64,000 bases of DNA from Candidatus Methanomethylicia archaeon (lineage in GTDB: Archaea; Thermoproteota; Methanomethylicia; Nezhaarchaeales; B40-G2), in NCBI GenBank assembly GCA_029259155.1, contig JAPDJI010000014.1, forward strand, positions 11,316 through 75,315, in the 5' to 3' direction. A program made the position numbers and the translations under genes. This document shows, piece after piece, positions 1 through 9,141 of this stretch (position 1 is the stretch's first letter; each line of letters begins with the position of its first letter). The notes beneath the pieces were generated by a model. That model saw nothing but the letters and a program-made list of their open reading frames with translations, was not told the DNA's origin and made no database searches.

Positions 1-213
1 AAGCCTTACTGAAGCCTCCTTCTCCCCTCTATTAACCACGTACTCCTCTCTTCCTCTAGAGTGTACCTTAAAGAGGGAGTAGCTTATGGCATCTAAGATG
101 CTGGTCTTGCCTGCCCCATTAGGGCCAACTATGGCTGTTACACCGAGGTCAAAACTGAGCGAAGTGTTCCTATGTGATATGAAGTTTCTAAGCTCCACCT
201 GATTTACGATCAA
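1..213 (-). CDS. rad50: Rad50 ATPase, 5' part (runs off the window start)
   Basis: Manual translation from TTG at 213 gives MIVNQVELRNFISHRNTSLSFDLGVTAIVGPNGAGKTSILDAI (SMC/Rad50 Walker A). Overlaps the end of mre11. Confidence 0.93.
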   Translation of the reverse strand, partial: MIVNQVELRNFISHRNTSLSFDLGVTAIVGPNGAGKTSILDAISYSLFKVHSRGREEYVVNRGEKEASVRL

Positions 214-1363
214 GCCACCCACCTTTCAGGTAGAACTCCTCCACTAGCTTCCTTGCCTCCTCCACTCCTTCACTACCGGTCTTCAAGAGCTTAAAGAGTT
301 CATAAGCGAAGTAAGCCAGCTCCTCATCTCCGTTGAAGGCCTCCTTAAATAAGCTGATCCAGTCAAGCCCCTCCTTAGCCTTTATTTTTTCAGGCTCGGC
401 CTTTTCTACCACTTCAGGCCTCCAAGTCAGGAGGTAAGGAGCTAGCTTAGACTGAACGGTTTCGAAAAGCCTACGCCTATCTATCCTTAAGCCTTCAACG
501 TAGAGGTGAAGTATCGGTTTTTTCGTTAAAGCCTTTACCTTCTCCTCTACTCTATTAAGCTCCTCCATAAGCTTGGAGACGTCTACTTTTACTTCAAGCT
601 GAGGTCTAATACGGGTTAGGCTCACGGGGTGCAAGTAGGGTTGATCGCCACTCAGATCCACAATGAAGAAACCTTTACCTGTCTTCTTCCACTCCTCCAC
701 TTCATCCCTCCTCGTAATCTCCAAGGAGCCAGCATAGGCTACCAGCGTGTTCCCTCTCCACGCTTTTTCGCGTCGATGTAAGTGCCCCAAGGCGATGTAA
801 CTAAAGGATGGAGGCAGCTCATCGAAAGACAGCTCGTACTCAAAAGGTAGAAATTTGTTGATGGATTGGTGAAGGGCTAAAACGCTTTTACCGTAGCCTT
901 CAGCTGACTTGGCTAGTCGACGTAGCTTCTCCTTTAAGCCTTCCTTATACCTCTTAGGTATGTGGTGAACCCCTCCTATGAAGACTTCTACACCTTCAGA
1001 CCTCACTACATCGTGATCCTTAGTTAGGCCTAAAGCCGTAAGGTACTCGGTAAAGAGGCTATGAGGGGGCATTCCCCTCCTCTTGGGAAGATCGTGGTCC
1101 CCTAGGACTGCATATACCTTTACTCCACGGTCACGAAGCTTGGAAAGCTGTTCTTTAGCCACGTATAACGCTTTTACTGGTGGTCGAGGGGCCTCGAAGA
1201 AATCTCCTGTATGTATTAAGACATCTACGTGTTCTCGAAGAATTTCCCCTACGGCCTCCTCAAAGACCTCATAAAAATCCTGCTCCCTCTCGTCCATGTT
1301 GTACTGACGATAACCTAGATGCGTATCAGATAGGTGAGCGAGTAACACTTTAGGTTTCACCAC
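188..1363 (-). CDS. mre11: Mre11 nuclease
   Basis: Phosphoesterase motifs SDTHLG, GDFF, GDHD, LHQ, GHLH; lies between herA and rad50. Confidence 0.95.
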   Translation of the reverse strand: MVKPKVLLAHLSDTHLGYRQYNMDEREQDFYEVFEEAVGEILREHVDVLIHTGDFFEAPRPPVKALYVAKEQLSKLRDRGVKVYAVLGDHDLPKRRGMPPHSLFTEYLTALGLTKDHDVVRSEGVEVFIGGVHHIPKRYKEGLKEKLRRLAKSAEGYGKSVLALHQSINKFLPFEYELSFDELPPSFSYIALGHLHRREKAWRGNTLVAYAGSLEITRRDEVEEWKKTGKGFFIVDLSGDQPYLHPVSLTRIRPQLEVKVDVSKLMEELNRVEEKVKALTKKPILHLYVEGLRIDRRRLFETVQSKLAPYLLTWRPEVVEKAEPEKIKAKEGLDWISLFKEAFNGDEELAYFAYELFKLLKTGSEGVEEARKLVEEFYLKGGWLDRKSGGA

Positions 1364-1364
1364 G

Positions 1365-2852
1365 TTAGGAAGGATACTCTATTAGACCCTTAAACTCCTC
1401 TAGGTCTTCTTCTAATTTCCTAGACCACTCCTCGACCACGTTGATGTCTCCGCCTACAGGCTTGGATGGATAGAGGTCTATCTTAACGAGGGCTGGAGCC
1501 TTAACCATCATTCCAAGCACCACGGCTTCCCCTACATTAAGGGATGGAAGCTGGGCTATGAGATCGTCGCTTAAAGCTTCGCTCGCTTGCTGTACGTGGC
1601 GTTGATCGGTGGGCTCTACGATTCTCAGCACTATCATATTATTGGCCTGGGACAGTGCATCAGGGTCTAAGGCTTTCGGTCTTTGACTAACAAGGCATAG
1701 CCCCACCCCAAACTTTCGTCCTTCCCTGGCTATGCGGCTTACCCAGTACTTCGATAAGGTCTCACGATATGCTGGGGCAAGTATATGTGCTTCCTCAAGC
1801 ACCATGAATAAGGGCTGTTTAAGCCTCCCTTTACCTTCCAGGACCTGTTTCTTACGTTCACTTAATACCCTCCTCAAGGTGTGGCTAACTATCACGTCTG
1901 CGGCTTCCTCGTCTACATGTCCAAGGTCAACTACGTTGGCTGCTCTAGGCTTAAGCCTAGAGATTACATCTTCTGCTGTTGAGTCGATGACGCCCTCGTA
2001 CCTATCCTTGAACGCCTCCATCTTATTTATGATGGAGGCGATAACGCTTCTTTCCCGTGAAGGTAGTTTGGCGTCTTCTAAGCTTTCTAGATATTTCTCC
2101 ATGTGTTCCACGAAACTGCCAGGCTCCATGGACGCTCTCTTTAAAGCTTCCTTGTAAGCTTTCCTAAAGTACCTTTCCTGGACGTGGTAGTGTGCTTCAA
2201 CCCTCATTAACTGCATGAGCTCCGAGGCTGTCATGAAGGATGGGTTGACTACAGCCTTTAATACGTTGATCGGCCCTCCCAGCCTAGACTTAACATATTC
2301 GGAATGCATATCAAAAATGACCACTGTACCCCCTAGCCTAACTACACGGTCAACTATCACTGCTACAGCGTTGGATTTCCCTGCCCCGGTCATGGCTAGT
2401 ATGGCGAGGTGCCTAGTAACCATGCAGTTTACGTCTACGTGAACGGGAACCTCAGGGTGGGAGATGAGATTGCCAATCTTGACGGAGCTAGCGCCTTCAT
2501 GGCTAAAAACCTTCACGAGGACTTCCGTGCTGGCTACCTTAACCTCAGCTCCCGGCTGAGGAGGAGACCTAGGCATGTTAAGATTTTCTATGTCGCCTAG
2601 CACCTTCACCTTACCCTTAACGTAGATGTCCCTCGCATCGCCTAGCTTCTTTACTCTCTCTACGACTCTAGGATCATGGATATCCATGCTTAATGATACA
2701 CTTCCGCTTATCAAAGCTTGTACCATTCCAAGCACGTCGCCTTCTTCATGCTCCACCAGTACGTACTGCCCTAGTTTAGGTGGCTTTATGGAGAGGAAGG
2801 TGGCTTCAAAGGGGGTGGCTTCACCTATGATGTAGCCTATGACCTCAGCCAT
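1365..2852 (-). CDS. herA: HerA bipolar DNA helicase
   Basis: HAS barrel, RHLAILAMTGAGKS Walker A, LEEAH Walker B, REGRKFG, SQRP. Start probably at MAEVIG. Confidence 0.95.
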   Translation of the reverse strand: MAEVIGYIIGEATPFEATFLSIKPPKLGQYVLVEHEEGDVLGMVQALISGSVSLSMDIHDPRVVERVKKLGDARDIYVKGKVKVLGDIENLNMPRSPPQPGAEVKVASTEVLVKVFSHEGASSVKIGNLISHPEVPVHVDVNCMVTRHLAILAMTGAGKSNAVAVIVDRVVRLGGTVVIFDMHSEYVKSRLGGPINVLKAVVNPSFMTASELMQLMRVEAHYHVQERYFRKAYKEALKRASMEPGSFVEHMEKYLESLEDAKLPSRERSVIASIINKMEAFKDRYEGVIDSTAEDVISRLKPRAANVVDLGHVDEEAADVIVSHTLRRVLSERKKQVLEGKGRLKQPLFMVLEEAHILAPAYRETLSKYWVSRIAREGRKFGVGLCLVSQRPKALDPDALSQANNMIVLRIVEPTDQRHVQQASEALSDDLIAQLPSLNVGEAVVLGMMVKAPALVKIDLYPSKPVGGDINVVEEWSRKLEEDLEEFKGLIEYPS

Positions 2853-3903
2853 AGGTCTCCACACCTTCTACTCTGTGAACCCCAAGCATCTTAACTACCT
2901 TCTCGATCTCGGCACCTTCCACCTCTACATCCACGTGCGCTTTCCCTAGTGGGTATGGATAGCCAGCTACGGAGTATATAGCTAGATGGTTTAAGAGGTT
3001 CTCCACCTCTTCCTCTCCAAGCTTTCTAGGTACCTCAAACCTCAATACAGGTCCTCCATCCTCTAACCTAGCGTAGAAGAGGGTCAAACGTAGGGATTTG
3101 AAGAAGGCTCCATCAACAGGGAGCCGCCTCTTAACCTTCTCCCCCACCATCACCTCTAAAGGCTTAGAATACCCTGAAGTCTTAGAGGCGTGTTCAAAAA
3201 TCGCTAAGTCTGGCTTAAACGAGCTGAAGTAATCTATGCCTCTACTTGTCTTCGATATGAAGATAAGCTTATCCCTATGTAAGCTCAGCAACCTCTTATA
3301 AAGGAGCAGCTTCTCCACCCCTTCAAGGTAACTTGAAGCCCTACCGGCCTCTCCTCCATAGGTCTCCTTCAGCTCTTCCCAAAGCCTCTTAGAAAGTATG
3401 TTGGCCTCCCATGGATTCATAGCCTCCAACCTCTTGACGAACTCGTCTATCCCTTGAAGCCCTCTTCTTCGTTCAGCATAGAGAGGTTTAATGAGGGAGC
3501 TTATGAGAGAGCCATCAAGCAAAGCTAGATTCACGTTCCGCCGCTCTAAGGCTTGAAGCGCCGCCTTAACCTCTAGGATCTCCCCGTAGGTCCTCACCCT
3601 CTCCTCTACGAACCGGTAAGGAGAAAGTATGTCTATCTCGCACAGCTTAACAGGCTCTTCAGCCTCAGCCCCTTTATAGATTACAGCCTCAGCATCCACC
3701 ACGTATACCACGAACCCTCTATACTCCTCGAAGTTTCTTCCTCCATCGACTCCGCATACCTTAAGCTCTATGGAGTCCTCCGCCTTAGCCCTATAGCTCC
3801 TCCACTTCTTTAGGACATCCTCCTTCCTCACCCACTCCTTAAAGGCCTTAGCTCGAAGCTCCTCTGCCCTTGATAAGGCTTCATCGTAGACCTCGTAGAG
3901 CAA
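2845..3903 (-). CDS. nurA: NurA 5'-3' nuclease
   Basis: GVDGG, LLDGSL, ISKTS and GYPYPLGKAH motifs; in operon with herA. Confidence 0.93.
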   Translation of the reverse strand: MLYEVYDEALSRAEELRAKAFKEWVRKEDVLKKWRSYRAKAEDSIELKVCGVDGGRNFEEYRGFVVYVVDAEAVIYKGAEAEEPVKLCEIDILSPYRFVEERVRTYGEILEVKAALQALERRNVNLALLDGSLISSLIKPLYAERRRGLQGIDEFVKRLEAMNPWEANILSKRLWEELKETYGGEAGRASSYLEGVEKLLLYKRLLSLHRDKLIFISKTSRGIDYFSSFKPDLAIFEHASKTSGYSKPLEVMVGEKVKRRLPVDGAFFKSLRLTLFYARLEDGGPVLRFEVPRKLGEEEVENLLNHLAIYSVAGYPYPLGKAHVDVEVEGAEIEKVVKMLGVHRVEGVETYG

Positions 3904-4063
3904 CCTACCTACACCTTAAAACCCTGCGTCTAATAATATAACCTCTCTTTTAAGCGCCATATATTTCCCTTAAGCCTGGACTTCAACCTTCACTATCTGC
4001 ATAAATAAGTTGACGTTTACTGCTATGTATTCCACGTAGCCTAGACGCCGAGGGATGAAGCTT

Positions 4064-4831
4064 TCATGTTAAGGTAAACGTGGAGTGGTCTAGCGCTATT
4101 TTCACCCAGCTTAGCTCCTCAACGGCTCTTTCCAGTTCTTTGAAGCGCCCAGCATAGTGAGCTATGTGAGTTAAGACAGCTATGGTAGGCTCTGTCTTAC
4201 GTACAAGCTCTAAGGCTAGGCTTAGGTTATTGTGGTTGACGTAGTCCTCTCTAAGACCATAGGTCGCGTCCACCAGCATTACTTGAACCTTAGCCTCTCT
4301 AAGCCTCTTTAAACTATCTTCAGGTAGGTTCACTGTGTCCAGTAGGTAAGCCACAGCGTTCTCTATAATGAAACCTAAAGTGGGTACGCTGTGGTTAAGC
4401 GGGATGGGAGTTATGGCTACAGGGACCTTAAAGGTTTTGAAGGCTTCCACCGTATTGAACTCCACTACGTCTCGATTCTTAGCTGCGAAAGGCCATACAT
4501 AGTATGAGTTAAGGACATGGTTGGAGCAGTATACATTCACCTTGGTGGACGACCATTTCAGTAGGTTTAATCCAGCTAGGTGATCGACGTGTTCATGGCT
4601 AAGTAGCAGGGTCTTCACCTCCTTCTCTCCAGCCTCTACTACTGCTTCAGGAGACCCTACGTCTATTAGCAGCCTGCTTCCATCGAGCTCTACGAGGACG
4701 CAGGCGCAGCGCCTCCTCAACCTATGCTCCCTCCTGGCTTCTTCGCAAGCTTCACAGTGACAGTTAAACGCAGGAGTCATCTCAGCAGCTCCACTACCAA
4801 GGATTTCTACGCGTCCCGGCATGTTCTCCAC
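4064..4831 (-). CDS. MBL-fold metallo-hydrolase, PhnP-like
   Basis: LGSG...CHCEAC Zn site, SHEHVDH, THIAH. Confidence 0.85.
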   Translation of the reverse strand: MENMPGRVEILGSGAAEMTPAFNCHCEACEEARREHRLRRRCACVLVELDGSRLLIDVGSPEAVVEAGEKEVKTLLLSHEHVDHLAGLNLLKWSSTKVNVYCSNHVLNSYYVWPFAAKNRDVVEFNTVEAFKTFKVPVAITPIPLNHSVPTLGFIIENAVAYLLDTVNLPEDSLKRLREAKVQVMLVDATYGLREDYVNHNNLSLALELVRKTEPTIAVLTHIAHYAGRFKELERAVEELSWVKIALDHSTFTLT

Positions 4832-4903
4832 CTTTTAAATCAGGTCCTAGGGTTTAAAGCGGAGTGCGCAACGCATATTACCGGTGGCTCGCTTAAAGCC
4901 TTA

Positions 4904-5251
4904 ATGATGCCCCTTCCCTCAGACCTTCTCGAGAAAGCTCGTACACTTAGGTCTCAAGGTCTAAACTATGCCGAGATCTCCAGAAGGCTCGAAGTTCCTA
5001 AGACCACTATTTACTATGCTCTTAACCCTGACCGTAGAAGGGCTCATGCAGCTAGGTGGAGAGCTAGGATTAGGGGAGTAGAGATAGGTGTGGAGGCTAG
5101 GAGGTATAGGAGGCTCACTGACGAAGATATAAGGTCTATACTTGAACTTAACTCTAAAGGAGAAAGCATATCATCCATCGCTAGGAAGGTGGGACGTTCA
5201 ACTTCGCTGGTGTACTATGTGTTGAGGAAGTTTAAAGTCCCCTCCTCTTAG
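4904..5251 (+). CDS. Tandem double helix-turn-helix protein, Cbp2 (CRISPR repeat-binding)-like
   Basis: Two HTH repeats (GLNYAEISRRLEVPKTTIYYAL; GESISSIARKVGRSTSLVYYVL) joined by an Arg-rich linker with RRLTDEDI. Start reassigned to ATG 4904 because the longer ORF overlaps the divergent gene. Confidence 0.75.
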   Translation: MMPLPSDLLEKARTLRSQGLNYAEISRRLEVPKTTIYYALNPDRRRAHAARWRARIRGVEIGVEARRYRRLTDEDIRSILELNSKGESISSIARKVGRSTSLVYYVLRKFKVPSS

Positions 5252-5267
5252 ATATTAGGGGCTTAGC

Positions 5268-6227
5268 TTGGCTAAGCTTCATGAAAATTTCAGCTTTACC
5301 TTTCTTTCTCCACAGCCGTTTAACTTTCACCTTACAGCATCTGCCTATAACTTCAACTGGTTTTACAATGGCCAAAGCCTCTACCTCCCCCTCTCCAGAA
5401 AACCTGATGTAGTAGCCAAGATAGAGCCGGTGGATAAAGAACTGGTGGTCAAGGTTTTCTCGAAGGTTTCTATGAGTAAAGATGAAGTTGAGGATAAGGT
5501 GGTCTTCGCTTTAGGCTTACAGGAAGAATTATCAAGCTTCTACGAGATTGCTTTCAATGACCCTCTTCTACGCTACGTCCCTCTTAAGCTTAAAGGGATG
5601 CATTTAAGATGTTGCTCTCCATGGCTTGCTCTCCTCATAGCGCTATGTCAGCAGAATGCTAGTTTTAGACAGGGATGGTCGATGGTATATCATGTATTGG
5701 AGCTGTTAGGTTTAAGAGTGGAAGTTGATGGGCGTATAGTCCCTTTACCCCCTACCCCTATGGAGGTGGTTGAGGCTGGACTTAAGCAACTTAAAGCAGC
5801 TAGGCTGGGGTATAGGGTTGAGACTTTGTTTATGGCGGCCAACTGGTTGATGGATTATCTTAGAGGAGAGGAACCTGATGAAGCCTCTATTCTTGCTTTA
5901 AAGGAACAAGTTAAGGGTATAGGTACCTATACATTGAGGGTTGCGTTGCTATTTGGAGCGAGGAGGTATGAGGAGCCACCTGTTGATAGATGGCTAGTTA
6001 AGGTGGTCTCGGAGGCTTATGGTCAAAGCCTTAAAGGTCTAAGCGAAGCGGAAGCCTTCATAAAGCAACGGTGGCATGAATGGGGTGGGCTTTTCGCTTT
6101 CTTTACTACAATAGTAACTGACGCGGAGCCAGGGCTTAAAGCGATTAAAAGAGTGAGAGAAGGTTTTCTTGAGCCTAAGTTTGACTTTAGCCAGCTTACC
6201 CCCATGACTATGTGGAGGCTCCTCTAA
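5268..6227 (+). CDS. HhH-GPD DNA glycosylase (AlkA/Ogg1 family)
   Basis: ALCQQN, HhH motif VKGIGTYT, PPVD catalytic Asp. Confidence 0.85.
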   Translation: MAKLHENFSFTFLSPQPFNFHLTASAYNFNWFYNGQSLYLPLSRKPDVVAKIEPVDKELVVKVFSKVSMSKDEVEDKVVFALGLQEELSSFYEIAFNDPLLRYVPLKLKGMHLRCCSPWLALLIALCQQNASFRQGWSMVYHVLELLGLRVEVDGRIVPLPPTPMEVVEAGLKQLKAARLGYRVETLFMAANWLMDYLRGEEPDEASILALKEQVKGIGTYTLRVALLFGARRYEEPPVDRWLVKVVSEAYGQSLKGLSEAEAFIKQRWHEWGGLFAFFTTIVTDAEPGLKAIKRVREGFLEPKFDFSQLTPMTMWRLL

Positions 6228-6832
6228 TGCGCCTTACCTACGAACCTCCCTTGATAAATCCTGGCGGCTATAGATAGTGCTAACGCCACTACCGCCATCA
6301 TGAAGTACTCGGTAATGTTAGCCTTTAAAGGCACTGATATCACAACTGCTCCGCCACCCTGCGGCATCCTCATCCGGATTAGGCCTTCTCCCACCAAAAA
6401 GGGAGCTTTATGTTCCAGTATCTGTAACCCTTCAGGTAGGCCTCCGGTGAAGGTATTAACTAAGGTGTTAAACATGGGTCCTAGCGCGACATAAAGCAGT
6501 ACTGCTACGACAACTAGGCCTATTAGCTCCCACGTTATCTTAGAGAGTCCGAAGGACACTAAGCTCTTAGACCATTTCTTATCGGTGAGAGAGCCTAGGA
6601 TCATAAGCCCAGCACCGACGATCACTGCCAGCCAAGCTCCTAGGGTCAGGTAGTCGATTATGGGTGGTAGTATATTGATGTTCGTGATGTTAAAGGTGAC
6701 TTTGAAGGGAGAGGCGTTGAGGATGGCTATGTCTCCTATGTTCACTGTCCACCAAGCAGCCTCCCTAAAGTATGCTAGGATGAATAGAGAGGCTGCAGCG
6801 GCTAAGCCTAAAGGATTAACTCGGACCGTCAT
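6224..6832 (-). CDS. Hypothetical integral membrane protein
   Basis: About 4 hydrophobic segments; overlaps the upstream gene. Confidence 0.7.
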   Translation of the reverse strand: MTVRVNPLGLAAAASLFILAYFREAAWWTVNIGDIAILNASPFKVTFNITNINILPPIIDYLTLGAWLAVIVGAGLMILGSLTDKKWSKSLVSFGLSKITWELIGLVVVAVLLYVALGPMFNTLVNTFTGGLPEGLQILEHKAPFLVGEGLIRMRMPQGGGAVVISVPLKANITEYFMMAVVALALSIAARIYQGRFVGKAH

Positions 6833-7416
6833 AGGCTAACCTCCTCCTCATAATAAATAGGTACCTCTCCCATCTCTCCTTCCAACTCCATCGAGATGTT
6901 GGCAGCTCTAATTCTTATGACGGCGTCCTCCATTCTGGCCGTGCAGCTAACTGTTACTAGGGCGGTGTTCGGTCCAGTAGGGGTTATCGTGAGATGATAG
7001 GCTTGGATGTGCGCCATGCCCTCCTGGCTAATGGAAAGATCTATATAAGCCTCTGCTGTGTCCCCTGGCTCTACGCTGACTGGTTGCCGTAGATGTCCCT
7101 CACCAAGAAGGTTTCCATGGCCTAGAGAGGCACATACGAGGTTAAAGCTTACGTCTTCAAGGGTTAAGGTGTATGGAAGAGGATTATGGATGGACAGAGT
7201 TATAACAGCTTGAAATACTCCTTCCTGTATATCGACGTCAACCACTTCGTAAGCTACGAAGCTGAGCTGAGGCATTTGAGGTATGAATACTTCTTCAAGG
7301 TTTCGGAGGGATGGTGTCACGTAGGCTTGCACATTATTTTGATACAAATACAAGCCATAGGCTAGGGGCCCGAGCGCTAATATTATTGATAGCAGTGCAA
7401 GACCTACTCTCATCAA
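6829..7416 (-). CDS. Membrane-anchored LEA2/WHy-like domain protein
   Basis: N-terminal TM helix, IHNPLPYTLTL and VSVEPGDT beta-sandwich pattern. Confidence 0.6.
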   Translation of the reverse strand: MMRVGLALLSIILALGPLAYGLYLYQNNVQAYVTPSLRNLEEVFIPQMPQLSFVAYEVVDVDIQEGVFQAVITLSIHNPLPYTLTLEDVSFNLVCASLGHGNLLGEGHLRQPVSVEPGDTAEAYIDLSISQEGMAHIQAYHLTITPTGPNTALVTVSCTARMEDAVIRIRAANISMELEGEMGEVPIYYEEEVSL

Positions 7417-7418
7417 GC

Positions 7419-8357
7419 TTAGCCACCTTTCAAGACCAGCTTCGTGCCCACGGAGCTTAATTTAAATACTTTAGGCATGGCTAAGGCTATCTTCAAGGTC
7501 GCCTGAAAACCTGTACAGTGCATGGGCATTATTAGCTCAGGGCTAAGTTTTCGCAGCTCCTCCAAGGTCTTGTCCAGTATGCTCGCCTCAGCTCCTGATA
7601 GATGGAAGCCTCCAACGACTGCGTAGAGTTTATTCTCACCTGTTATTTCCATAGCGTGGCGGATGGTGTTGATAATGCCTGCGTGTGCACAGCCAGCAAT
7701 AACTACGAGTCCTTTACCCTCTAAGTTAACTATTAAAGCTTGATCGTCAAGTATGGGGTCATCTTCATACAACCCATCTTTTACCCTCTTAGATACCTCC
7801 ATGGGCTTCTCGAAGTCCGTGACGCGCTTTACTTCTCCACTAGTGAAGAGTCCTGGTGCTAGTGGAATAGGGTTCTTGGAGGCTACGACTACTCCGCCAG
7901 CCTCCTCTATGTCTTTGGGTTTAAGCTGCCAGGGACCTATGGTGTCTCCATCAGGGAAGGTGAAAAGCCTCTCGTTGAAGGCGTCAGGATGTACGTAAAC
8001 GGGGATAGGCCTACCTATACTCTTCAATACGTTTATTAGTGCGGCGTAGTGATCTCGATGCCCATGACTTAAGAAGAGCATATCTATTGATTTTAAATTC
8101 ACGCCTAGAAGCTCCAAGTTGCGTAACACTCCCTCCTCCGTATAGCCGAAATCCATCAACACCTTGCGCTTAAGCTCTCCTTTACTCACCTCTACGAGCA
8201 GGGAAAGTCCATGTTCAGCTATCAGCTGTCTAGGCGACGATAAAGCCGATTTAACCCCCCACCTCTTAACGGGATCTTCATCCTTAAGGATGACGTCTAC
8301 ATAGTTGTCCATCACGACGGTCAGTTCCAAGTTATCAGCTTTTGAACGGTAAGCCAA
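7419..8357 (-). CDS. MBL-fold metallo-hydrolase (family often annotated as pterin-RFAP synthase-like)
   Basis: AEHGLS, SHGHRDH, GCAHAG, GGFHL, PMHCTG. Confidence 0.85.
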   Translation of the reverse strand: MAYRSKADNLELTVVMDNYVDVILKDEDPVKRWGVKSALSSPRQLIAEHGLSLLVEVSKGELKRKVLMDFGYTEEGVLRNLELLGVNLKSIDMLFLSHGHRDHYAALINVLKSIGRPIPVYVHPDAFNERLFTFPDGDTIGPWQLKPKDIEEAGGVVVASKNPIPLAPGLFTSGEVKRVTDFEKPMEVSKRVKDGLYEDDPILDDQALIVNLEGKGLVVIAGCAHAGIINTIRHAMEITGENKLYAVVGGFHLSGAEASILDKTLEELRKLSPELIMPMHCTGFQATLKIALAMPKVFKLSSVGTKLVLKGG

Positions 8358-8457
8358 TCCTGACCAACGCCTCCTTTCTTAACTGAATTAATAAAGTTTT
8401 TCCTAGGAAGTTAAGGTTTAAGCTAAGCTTATATGTAGAGGGAGAGGGTGATGCGTC

Positions 8458-9063
8458 ATGGTTAAGGCGGTGGACTTAGAACGCCTGTTGACGTCTTATA
8501 GCGATTCGGAGGAGTTAGATAAGGCTGAAGCCGTCTATCTCTTGCTTAGAAGGGTCAATAGAGGGGTCGTAGCTGAAGCTCTTTATTCGAGATATGGCAG
8601 CGTATCGGCGCTAGATGAGGCTTTAGGGGACCTGGCTTCTATAGGCCTTGAAGCCTCGCAGAGCCAACTTTACATTAGAACTGAGGATACAGGGGAGGAT
8701 CTCTATGCAGCAGTGGCTAGGCCTTTCCTAGCTTTGTTCGTACCTCTAATCGTTCAACGTTTAAGCGAGAGACCCAAACCGTCTTTTCCAACCTCTAAAC
8801 TCCTCTATCTTCTCGTGGAGAGGGGGTTGGCTAAGCCAAGCTTTTCACATGAGCTTTCAAGGCTCCGTGAGAATTACAAGCTACTATATGGAGAGGAGGT
8901 TGTGGAGGAGCCATTCAAGGACATGGTTAAGGAACTACAGGCTTACTGGGTTGTAGAGTTCACCGATGGTTACAGGGTCTTTTACCCCGTCTACCTCAAC
9001 CGTTTACTGCCGGAGCTTCGAGCCTTTACAGCCAAGGTTTCTCTCATGGTGGAACCCCCTTAG
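8458..9063 (+). CDS. Hypothetical protein, possible C-terminal winged helix
   Basis: 201-aa ORF with GGTGA RBS; C-terminal helix followed by a beta-hairpin pattern. Confidence 0.6.
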   Translation: MVKAVDLERLLTSYSDSEELDKAEAVYLLLRRVNRGVVAEALYSRYGSVSALDEALGDLASIGLEASQSQLYIRTEDTGEDLYAAVARPFLALFVPLIVQRLSERPKPSFPTSKLLYLLVERGLAKPSFSHELSRLRENYKLLYGEEVVEEPFKDMVKELQAYWVVEFTDGYRVFYPVYLNRLLPELRAFTAKVSLMVEPP

Positions 9064-9141
9064 GGAAAACCTTAATACCTCATGTGACCAAATAGAGGAC
9101 GTTATAAGGCTTAAGCCTAAACACATAGGGGGCTAAAAGCC

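Noticed and set aside
1-3903. HerA/NurA as an anti-phage system
   Set aside because: Standard archaeal nurA-herA-mre11-rad50 recombination operon.
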